Shown here piece after piece: positions 19,002 to 26,026 of a stretch of DNA of 39,182 nucleotides. The position numbers and the translations under genes are program-made. Under the pieces are notes generated by a model. That model made no database searches, was not told where the DNA came from, and saw only the letters and a list, made by a program, of their open reading frames with translations. Numbering within the stretch: the first letter of the stretch is position 1; each line of letters opens with the position of its first letter. The DNA comes from a bacterium (GTDB taxonomy: Bacteria; Patescibacteriota; Minisyncoccia; Phycocordibacterales; VMGT01), in the NCBI GenBank assembly GCA_023264615.1, contig JAHFLU010000002.1:1-39182 (forward strand), read 5' to 3'.

Positions 19002-19985
19002 TTAGCTTAGAATGATACCCAAGTTTCCCAACGCACGCTTGATTTCTTGAAGTCCTTTGACCCCAAGGCCGTCAATAGAGAGGATATCATCTTCTTTTTT
19101 GCGCACAAGACCGCCGACAGTTCTAATGTTTGCGTTGGTAAGCGCATTAATCGTACGGGACGAAAGTCCCTCCATAGAATCAATGCGGGTTTTCAGAGCT
19201 TCATTATCGAGGCTGTTCGGGGATATTTCTTCCGTGCCTGCCGATTCTTTTTCTTCGTCAGACATCTCGACGACTGATTCAATGATTTCATCTTCTTTGA
19301 ATCCGATCACAGCCTTTAGCTGGTTGATCATGATTTCAATCGCTTTCTCGAGTGCTTCGCGCGGTGTTATCGTTCCGTCACTTTCAATAAAAATGCGGAG
19401 ACGGTTAAAATCAGTACGGTCACCGACACGCATATTTTCGACTTCATAATTAACGCGGCGGATTGGCGTAAAGATAGCATCGACTGCAAGCGAGCCGATT
19501 TCAACACGCTCCTTTTGAAGCGTCTCTTTGGACATATATCCGAGTCCGCGTTCGACAGTGAGTTCCATTTCAAGCGTTGTTCCCTTACTATTGATCGTTG
19601 CGATTTTCTGTTCTGGGTTAAGGATTGTGACTTGACCGGGGATTTCGAGGTCTCCCGCCTTGACGAGAGCCTCACCTTTCATTTTGAGCGTCACCATCTG
19701 TGGCTCATCGGTTGTGAGAGCAAAACGGACGCGCTTGAGGTTAAGAAGGATTGTAATGACGTCCTCCTCTACACCCGGGATTGTTGAAAATTCATGACTG
19801 ACGCCTTCTATTTTAACACCGGTTATTGCAGCCCCGGGAAGTGAAGAAAGGATAATACGGCGTAATGAGTTGCCGAGGGTATGTCCGTAGCCGGGATAGA
19901 GGCCGTCTATTTCGAACATTCCCCGAAAACTCTCCTCAAGAACGGCCTTCGGTTTCGAAGGCAGAACGATGTTGTAATCTGGCAT
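19002..19985 (-). CDS. rpoA: DNA-directed RNA polymerase subunit alpha
   Basis: 327 aa. '[39 protein letters not shown].EDV' and a C-terminal HhH domain '[20 protein letters not shown]'. Confidence 0.95.
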   Translation of the reverse strand: [327 protein letters not shown]

Positions 19986-20046
19986 AGATTAGTATTAAAA
20001 CGTTGTAATTAAAGCGGCTTTTATTAAAAATGCGTGAATGAGACAA

Positions 20047-20075
20047 AATTATACACTGCCTTTTAAAAACTGTCT
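20047..20075 (-). promoter_or_regulatory. Possible internal promoter upstream of rpoA
   Basis: Read on the minus strand: TAGACA (20075-20070), a 17-nt spacer, then a perfect TATAAT (20052-20047). It sits in the 124-nt rpsD-rpoA spacer. Confidence 0.35.
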
Positions 20076-20109
20076 AGTATCGGCTCCCCTGATGGATGTG
20101 GACAGTTCT

Positions 20110-20733
20110 TTAACGGCTGTAGAATTCAATGACGGACGCAAGGTCAAAAGCGACTTCTCCCTGGCCAGGTGCGGGTACGCCCTTGATGACGGCGGAACGC
20201 TTTTCGGGGTTAAGCGATATCCAGGCAGGAACGACTGCTGCCTTGATTTGCTCATCGAGGCCTGTAAAAAGTGTCTTTTTTTTGCTGCCTTCCCGTATGC
20301 CGATCTTGTCTTGTGTATGGACATGGTGCGAGGGTACCATAATTCGTATACCATTAACGAGAATATGACCATGCGCTACCATCTGTCGTGCCTGTCTTCG
20401 TGTTGTGGCAAGACCCATGCGGTAAACGACATTATCGAGGCGCGATTCGAGATTGGCGTAGAGTTGTACGATAGATTTTGTCTCACGCCGTGCAACGGCA
20501 CTTGAAACAAGGCTCGAAAACTGGCGTTCAGTGATGCCGTAGGTGAGACGAACTCGTTGCTTTTCCTGCTGTTGGAGAGCGTAGTCGGAACGAGCCATAC
20601 TGCCTCCCGCATGTTTTTTTCTTACCTGTTTTCCTCCTCGGGCTTCTGCAAGTGCAAATTTTTGTGTCTGGCACTTTTCAAAAATTCCAGGGCCGAGACG
20701 CCTGCATATTTTGTATTTTGGTCCAATTTTCAT
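20110..20733 (-). CDS. rpsD: 30S ribosomal protein S4
   Basis: 207 aa. 'GPKYKICRRLG', 'EKQRVRLTYGITERQF' and an S4 RNA-binding domain 'LESRLDNVVYRMGLA.TRRQARQMV.HGHILVNG'. Confidence 0.95.
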   Translation of the reverse strand: MKIGPKYKICRRLGPGIFEKCQTQKFALAEARGGKQVRKKHAGGSMARSDYALQQQEKQRVRLTYGITERQFSSLVSSAVARRETKSIVQLYANLESRLDNVVYRMGLATTRRQARQMVAHGHILVNGIRIMVPSHHVHTQDKIGIREGSKKKTLFTGLDEQIKAAVVPAWISLNPEKRSAVIKGVPAPGQGEVAFDLASVIEFYSR

Positions 20734-20760
20734 AACTAAAAAATATAAACGGCGGGTGTA

Positions 20761-21195
20761 CTAGACACGCCGTGGTTTTGGTGGCTTGGGTCCATTATGT
20801 GGTACGGGCGTCTGATCAGAGATTCCCGAAAGGTTAATGCCGCGGGAAATAAAACCGCGAATAGACGACTCACGGCCAGCACCCACACCTTTTACCACGA
20901 CATTTACTTCTTTGATGCCTATCATGAGAGCCTTATCTCCAATAAGTTCTCCCACTTTTGCAGCAGCGAATGGAGTACCCTTACGTGCACCCTTAAAGCC
21001 GAGTGATCCGCTCGATGACCAACAAAGGGCTCCGCCGCTTTTGTCGGCGAGAAGGACCTTAGTATTATTGTATGTTGATTGTATGTAGAGAGTACCCGCC
21101 TCGAGCTTTTTCTTTGGGGCACGGGAAAGAGAGCGCGATTTCTTACCGCTATCGAGGCCTTCCCCTGATTTTTTAACAATACGTTTTTTTCCCAT
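20761..21195 (-). CDS. rpsK: 30S ribosomal protein S11
   Basis: 144 aa. 'G.LYIQSTYNNT.V...D..G.AL.WSSSGSLGFKGARKGTPFAA', 'V.VKG.G.GRES.IR' and '..D.TP.PHNG.KPPKPRRV'. Confidence 0.95.
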   Translation of the reverse strand: MGKKRIVKKSGEGLDSGKKSRSLSRAPKKKLEAGTLYIQSTYNNTKVLLADKSGGALCWSSSGSLGFKGARKGTPFAAAKVGELIGDKALMIGIKEVNVVVKGVGAGRESSIRGFISRGINLSGISDQTPVPHNGPKPPKPRRV

Positions 21196-21213
21196 AGGAT
21201 TGTGGCATTTCTC

Positions 21214-21594
21214 TTATGTCTTTTCAGCCTTGCGCTTGCCCGAACCCATTGTCTTTCTTGTATTGCCGCGCACGGTTCGAGAATTTGTTTTTGTTCGCTG
21301 GCCTCGTGTTGGAAGTCGCCGCATGTGGCGGACACCTCGGTATGCCTTGATATCTTTGAGGCGTTTGATATTCCCCGCAACCTCGCGTTTAAGGTCGCCC
21401 TCGAGTTTTATCTCCTCAAGTATCTTACGGATTGTGCTCTCTTCATGGGGAGTGAGCTGTGGCGGTTTTTTTTGGGGATCGATTTTGGCATCGGCGAGTA
21501 TTTTCTTTGCAGACGAACGGCCCACACCGTACAGGCTCGTGAGCGCAATTTCCATATGTTTATTGTCTGGTATGGTAATTCCCAAAAGGCGCAT
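21214..21594 (-). CDS. rpsM: 30S ribosomal protein S13
   Basis: The start is taken at Met36 of the track ORF (ATG 21594): 'MRLLGITIPDNKHMEIALTSLYGVGRSSAKKIL', the canonical S13 N-terminus. The longer ORF (to 21699) would overlap rpmJ. Confidence 0.9.
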   Translation of the reverse strand: MRLLGITIPDNKHMEIALTSLYGVGRSSAKKILADAKIDPQKKPPQLTPHEESTIRKILEEIKLEGDLKREVAGNIKRLKDIKAYRGVRHMRRLPTRGQRTKTNSRTVRGNTRKTMGSGKRKAEKT

Positions 21595-21616
21595 AGTTGT
21601 TGATATTTTATGGATA

Positions 21617-21730
21617 CTATCCTTGGCGCTGTTTATGGCGCGGATTTGAACAGATAATGCGAACACGTCCGCGCCGACGCACCGATTTACATTTTGCACA
21701 CCTTTTTTTTACTGACGCTCGTATTCGCAT
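21617..21730 (-). CDS. rpmJ: 50S ribosomal protein L36
   Basis: Below the ORF-track size cut-off and found by hand. Minus strand from ATG 21730: [37 protein letters not shown], with the stop at 21617-21619. It shows the canonical L36 C-x2-C...C...H pattern and the conserved infA-rpmJ-rpsM position. Confidence 0.9.
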   Translation of the reverse strand: MRIRASVKKRCAKCKSVRRRGRVRIICSNPRHKQRQG

Positions 21731-21775
21731 GAATTCTTAGGATAAAGGATTTTGTTCCTGAACGCAAAAACCGGA

Positions 21776-22009
21776 CTAAAGTCGCTTATTGATCCGTCCC
21801 TTGCCACCGTAGGGGTCAAGCTCGATTTTCACTTTGTCGCCGACCAAAACCCGAATACGATGCAATCGCATCTTGCCGGAAAGATAGGCAATCATTATGG
21901 TTTTATCTTCTGTTACAACACGAAACAACGTGTTGGGCAAAGCTTCCACAACAGTTCCTAGAATAGTCCCTTCCTCCTCGTTTTTCTTAGTATGATCTGG
22001 CGTTTGCAC
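21776..22009 (-). CDS. infA: Translation initiation factor IF-1
   Basis: 77 aa with a GTG start. '[17 protein letters not shown]...[35 protein letters not shown]' is the S1-like IF-1 fold signature. Confidence 0.9.
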   Translation of the reverse strand: MQTPDHTKKNEEEGTILGTVVEALPNTLFRVVTEDKTIMIAYLSGKMRLHRIRVLVGDKVKIELDPYGGKGRINKRL

Positions 22010-22029
22010 TGTTCTTTGATTGCTGAATC

Positions 22030-22058
22030 ATGCTACCAAAAAGACAGCAAATGGTCAA
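22030..22058 (-). promoter_or_regulatory. Possible promoter for the infA-rpmJ-rpsM... block
   Basis: Read on the minus strand: TTGACC (22058-22053), a 17-nt spacer, then TAGCAT (22035-22030). It lies just downstream of the 22093-22133 terminator. The leader would be short. Confidence 0.3.
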
Positions 22059-22092
22059 GCATCTGTACGCGTAGCCGCAGCTCTCTGCTGTC

Positions 22093-22133
22093 GGAAAAAG
22101 AGATACCGGGCAATCGACGTGTGGATTGCCCGG
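22093..22133 (-). terminator. Intrinsic terminator insulating the accessory cluster from infA
   Basis: 10-bp stem CCGGGCAATC / GATTGCCCGG (22106-22115 / 22124-22133) with an 8-nt loop. On the minus strand it is followed by TATCTCTTTTTCC. It starts 10 nt after the stop at 22143. Confidence 0.7.
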
Positions 22134-22142
22134 TTATTGTTG

Positions 22143-23168
22143 CTATCGGCCGTCTTCTTCTGTGGTTGTGCCGAGGCCCGACAGATTTTTTGGTACGACA
22201 CGACGACGATTCGGCATGAATCTTGGAGCGCGAGGAGCGCGTGAGAGTGTGACAAGGAGCGTCGGCAGCTCGCCGGTGCGCTTTGCTTCGTTAAACTTTG
22301 CAATGGCTTTCGGCGCCATCCCATGCATCACGAGATACCGCGATGACTTTGTGAGATGATCGCGCAACCACGAGGTATGCGACTCATTTTTCGGATCAAT
22401 CTCGCCAGATCGCACCGCAAAAAAGACAACTTGCTTTACTTCATCCGCCACACCGCTCCAATTGACGCGGCCAACACCCATGCCATTTTTCGCCAGCGCC
22501 TTCGTCGATTCCAGAGGATCCGCCGGATAGATAGACTGAGCATCTACTCCGACCGAAACCAACTCATACGGAGTGCTGGAGTCATCGTAATAGATGTTAT
22601 CTTCTGCGCTATCACGGCCTTCTTCCAGGCCCATGATATATTCAATCGTGAGATCACGATTGATACTACCATCGCCATTGATCACGATGATCGGAACACC
22701 GAGACGATTCTCAACCTGGTCCATGACCATGAGGAACATGTTCCGGACTTTCGGATTATACCCGGCGACAATCGCCGGCACAGAGATCATGCTTGAGAGA
22801 TCCATTCCTCCCATGCCTGTATTGCCGGCCATCCCGGCAACCATAAACATCGAGAGCATGCTTGGATCCATCCCGAGCGAAGATGCAAAATTGTTGACCT
22901 GCGCAGGTGATGGTTTCACCCCGTCAGGAATTTCGGCATCGGGATCTGTTTCACCATTTCCCGCAACTGTCACCAGAGGCGGAGCTGGCGCAAAAGCTGC
23001 AGCTACTTTTGCAGCGGTGACCATACCACATCCGGTGACCTCCTTGATCTGTGCTGACGTTAAAAACGCCATGTCAGACTCAAGGTTGACGCCCTCCTCG
23101 ACAAGTTTGGCAATTTGAACGTCAGAAATGCCTAGCCCGGTAAGTTTTTCCTGAAATGCTGTGTCCAT
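22143..23168 (-). CDS. Orphan protein: HhH-like N-terminus, Met/Gly-rich linker, globular C-domain, basic tail
   Basis: The ATG at 23168 is preceded by AAGGGG 8 nt upstream; the track start 23177 is a GTG. 341 aa. 'LTGLGISDVQIAKLV' and 'VTGCGMVTAAKVAAAF' look like helix-hairpin-helix units. 'MLSMFMVAGMAGNTGMGGMDLSSM' is low complexity. The C-terminus is 'SRAPRAPRFMPNRRRVVPKN'. No family recognised. Confidence 0.7.
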   Translation of the reverse strand: MDTAFQEKLTGLGISDVQIAKLVEEGVNLESDMAFLTSAQIKEVTGCGMVTAAKVAAAFAPAPPLVTVAGNGETDPDAEIPDGVKPSPAQVNNFASSLGMDPSMLSMFMVAGMAGNTGMGGMDLSSMISVPAIVAGYNPKVRNMFLMVMDQVENRLGVPIIVINGDGSINRDLTIEYIMGLEEGRDSAEDNIYYDDSSTPYELVSVGVDAQSIYPADPLESTKALAKNGMGVGRVNWSGVADEVKQVVFFAVRSGEIDPKNESHTSWLRDHLTKSSRYLVMHGMAPKAIAKFNEAKRTGELPTLLVTLSRAPRAPRFMPNRRRVVPKNLSGLGTTTEEDGR

Positions 23169-23313
23169 ACGACACACCCCTTAATTTAGAGAGATTTTTC
23201 AACCATTGACAGAACACGCTGATAACGACACTAACCCAATTTTATTGATTTGTCAAATTTCAACTGTCCGCTCCTCTTTCTATGAGAACATGCGTAACCT
23301 ATCGTACGTTTCT

Positions 23314-23350
23314 CTAAAAAAGTAAAGGCGATGCTGTTTCAGCATCGCCT
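23314..23350 (-). terminator. Intrinsic terminator after the PurA-like gene
   Basis: 11-bp stem AGGCGATGCTG / CAGCATCGCCT (23326-23336 / 23340-23350) with a 3-nt loop. On the minus strand it is followed by TTACTTTTTTAG. Confidence 0.7.
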
Positions 23351-23369
23351 AGATACTACCGATATGCAT

Positions 23370-24776
23370 TTATATGCATATCTTGTCACGTTCGGTTGGC
23401 CCGAAAGATACCATTCGTACGGGAACCCCGAGCTTTTCCTGCAGTACTGTCCCGCAAAGAGCAATCATTTCTTTTTTTGACATATGCGACATATCATATG
23501 TCGTCGTTTTTGGACGGCACGATTCGAGTACCTTACCTGCCTCCTCCATCATCTGGAGATGCTCTTCGTTACCGAGTAAACGGTTTACGTAGAGATGTCC
23601 GCGCGGATTAAAAAAGAATGGCTCACGTTGGTGGATATCTCCATAATCTGTGCAAATAGACCACACGCCATTTTTTTCAATCTGATCAAACCATGTGAGA
23701 GCGATTCCGTCGAATGCCTTTGTCCCTCCGCATACTTCTATCGCATAACGTAACAACACGATGTCGAGCGGACCAACACGCACTTTTCCCTGCCATCTGT
23801 TTTCTTCCTTGTGGCTACCGGGAAGGAGTGTTTCGTTCATGCTGGGATCTTCTGTCGGCATCGGCCCTGCGCCGTGGCGAATCGAGTATGCGCGTGTGAC
23901 GCCAAGATGCACGATTTCGTCTCTATAGCCACATTCGTAAAGTAAGGGAAACACCGTTACATTTGGAATCGTTCGTAATTTAGAGGTGTGCGGGGCAAAA
24001 CCAAAATACTTGTCGGTGAGAACTCCGTGCGAACTTTCAACGACCGCAACACCCTCGCGTGCAAGTACATCTGTCTGGAGATAGTCACTACCTACAATGT
24101 TTACGAGCTGTGTCATTTCCCGAAAACCGTTGGTTGTCACCCCCGAGAAATTTTCGTTGAAAAGCATCGTTGTAAGTTGGTTTGCATCTGCGCGGTCGGC
24201 TTCGAGAAATGCTTGGGTTTTGAGCTCGAGAATTGGGCGCAGTTCACGTACTTTTTGCCGTCGCACGTCTTCAAGCATACTGCACAGATCTCGCCCTTTC
24301 AGGTCGCGTACTCGTATCGCGTACTGTGGAGACACCTCTGCATCGAGATAGGCTTCTCCGACACCGGTCCCGATTGTTCCGCGCGGGTTATCTCTTCGCG
24401 CAAGTTCGCGCAGCTGTGTGGACATGGTATGAAATGGGGTGGAACAAAGAGTATTTTCGTCAACCGTCATGAGGTCAAAGATATTTTGAACGCCACAGGT
24501 ATATTGGAGCATCCTGCCTTCGTGGACGAGACCCAAAGGATCGATCACCATATTGCGTGTAATGTGTGTTCGCGTTCCCTCAAGCGTTCCACAGCCAAAA
24601 AAACTAAAGTTGAATGACAGGCCACCCGATGTACGTACACCATGACTTCCTTGTGAACCGCCTACCTTGATAATCGTATGGGCCCTGCGATAGGTGGACA
24701 GCTTGTGGATAACACTACCCTTGCCGCCATCACCGGGACCGAGGTCGGTTACGACATACACTTTGCTGGTCGACAT
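23370..24776 (-). CDS. Adenylosuccinate synthetase (PurA)-family enzyme, divergent
   Basis: 468 aa. 'VVTDLGPGDGGKGS' (P-loop GDEGKG type), 'GSHGV', 'GTIGTGVGEAY', 'VESSHGVLTD', 'TRAYSIRHGAGPMPTE' and the C-terminal 'VSFGPTERD' are collinear with PurA motifs. Several substrate motifs are altered (see findings). Confidence 0.8.
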   Translation of the reverse strand: MSTSKVYVVTDLGPGDGGKGSVIHKLSTYRRAHTIIKVGGSQGSHGVRTSGGLSFNFSFFGCGTLEGTRTHITRNMVIDPLGLVHEGRMLQYTCGVQNIFDLMTVDENTLCSTPFHTMSTQLRELARRDNPRGTIGTGVGEAYLDAEVSPQYAIRVRDLKGRDLCSMLEDVRRQKVRELRPILELKTQAFLEADRADANQLTTMLFNENFSGVTTNGFREMTQLVNIVGSDYLQTDVLAREGVAVVESSHGVLTDKYFGFAPHTSKLRTIPNVTVFPLLYECGYRDEIVHLGVTRAYSIRHGAGPMPTEDPSMNETLLPGSHKEENRWQGKVRVGPLDIVLLRYAIEVCGGTKAFDGIALTWFDQIEKNGVWSICTDYGDIHQREPFFFNPRGHLYVNRLLGNEEHLQMMEEAGKVLESCRPKTTTYDMSHMSKKEMIALCGTVLQEKLGVPVRMVSFGPTERDKICI

Positions 24777-24801
24777 CTGTATAACTCCCCTATTTATGAT
24801 A

Positions 24802-24828
24802 TGGGGGTAGCTTTATGAGCTACCCCCA
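24802..24828 (-). promoter_or_regulatory. Perfect 11-bp intercistronic hairpin between the vWA and PurA-like genes
   Basis: TGGGGGTAGCT (24802-24812) / AGCTACCCCCA (24818-24828) with a 5-nt loop. No U-tract follows on the minus strand. It is followed by the SD AGGGGAG and the ATG at 24776. Confidence 0.5.
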
Positions 24829-24842
24829 CGGTTACCTAGCGT

Positions 24843-26021
24843 TTAGAGCCACTGGTCTTCTTCGTCTGGATGACCTGTAGGCACAACATCTTTTGAGACA
24901 ACGGGAGTTGCCGTAGGAGTACTACTGCCAATTGGCCAAAGATCGCTCTTGTTGGTAAACCTTGCTCCTTTAAGCGGAAGCTTGCTGAAATTTGGAAGCA
25001 TTGTCTGTGCGCCAATGGGAATGTGGCGGACAGATGATTTTATGAGCTGTGCGTCAACACGGCTTACGTTGTTAGTATTGCCTACCCCGCTGCCTCGCAG
25101 AAACTGTTCGAGATTCTGTAGGTCAAGCGTTCCTTCGGTCAGGCCGATGATGGCCGCCTGCAACTGCGGCAGCAGTGCTGTTCTTGTCGATTTGACGATT
25201 CGCTCCGGACCAAAAATAGGGGTCCAAAAGTGGGTTGTTTCACTTGCATCACCAACCTGAATCAGAAACGCATGCGCCCTCGTGACAAGAGATGCTACGA
25301 CTTCGCGCGTCTCCGGAACATCTTGAGCGTTGATCTGGTGGCCGTTTTCGAGGGCTTTGGCAAATACATCCTCACCAAATATTGTCTTGAGCCAGCCTGC
25401 ATCAACGCTGTGACGACCAGGAGCGTCAGTCACCGTGAAATCGTACGATTTCAACCCGTACTTGTTAATATCGGCGGCTGTGAGATACGCCGCACCGAAT
25501 AATCCATACTGCGGGTCTTCAGCCGTATCGCCGCCATCCCGTGCCGGAACCATATACCGTAGTTGTTCGGCGATTCGAACGTCCATCTCTGCCTGGGAAC
25601 GGCAGAGCACAGGCCCCTTGCCTTTCTGTTGGTCCTGGATATCCCCAAAGATGCTCATGATCACTTGGGGGTCATAGCGTTTCAGTACTGCATTGTTTCC
25701 GGTTACCAATAGGTCATAAATCGACGGTAACACATCAATGGCTACATCGACATTACTCCCCATGCTTCCGGTGGTGTCGAGGCGGGACTCGATGAGCATT
25801 GCGACGCCCCGCAGAAGCTCAAAACACCCCTTCCGTGGTTCAAACCAAGAAATCGACCGGCGTATAACACCGTATCCTTTCGGATCAACGAGCTCATGGA
25901 TGGTGTGGGACATCTCATATTGTTGTTCGGCAACATGAGAGGCCCTACCCCTGCTATCTCCATCTCTCGATTTCTCGGCGACATGAACAAAGGCTTCTCG
26001 AGACGATGTATATCTGCCCAT
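24843..26021 (-). CDS. von Willebrand factor A (vWA) domain protein with MIDAS motif
   Basis: The start is taken at ATG 26021 (MGRYTSS...), 5 nt after the upstream gene's stop. 'ESRLDTTGSMGSN' (DxTxS MIDAS), 'SIFGDIQD' and 'FTVTDAPG' (the TDG-type last MIDAS Asp). The C-terminal approx. 150 aa are unassigned. Confidence 0.7.
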   Translation of the reverse strand: MGRYTSSREAFVHVAEKSRDGDSRGRASHVAEQQYEMSHTIHELVDPKGYGVIRRSISWFEPRKGCFELLRGVAMLIESRLDTTGSMGSNVDVAIDVLPSIYDLLVTGNNAVLKRYDPQVIMSIFGDIQDQQKGKGPVLCRSQAEMDVRIAEQLRYMVPARDGGDTAEDPQYGLFGAAYLTAADINKYGLKSYDFTVTDAPGRHSVDAGWLKTIFGEDVFAKALENGHQINAQDVPETREVVASLVTRAHAFLIQVGDASETTHFWTPIFGPERIVKSTRTALLPQLQAAIIGLTEGTLDLQNLEQFLRGSGVGNTNNVSRVDAQLIKSSVRHIPIGAQTMLPNFSKLPLKGARFTNKSDLWPIGSSTPTATPVVSKDVVPTGHPDEEDQWL

Positions 26022-26026
26022 AATTT

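Noticed and set aside
21595-21699. A long N-terminal extension of rpsM (the track start at 21699).
   Set aside because: The extension has no S13 similarity and overlaps rpmJ. The canonical S13 N-terminus begins at Met36 (ATG 21594).
23361-23382. The near-palindrome GATATGCATTTATATGCATATC.
   Set aside because: It spans the last codons and the stop of the PurA-like gene. It is AT-rich and short, and is likely coincidental.
23370-24776. The idea that the PurA-like gene is a phage-type PurZ (2-aminoadenine / Z-genome synthesis).
   Set aside because: As I recall, PurZ replaces the P-loop Asp (GS.GKG) and is shorter, at about 340 aa. Here GDGGKG keeps the Asp and the protein is 468 aa. No datZ/mazZ-like or other phage genes are nearby. 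A different non-canonical function remains possible.
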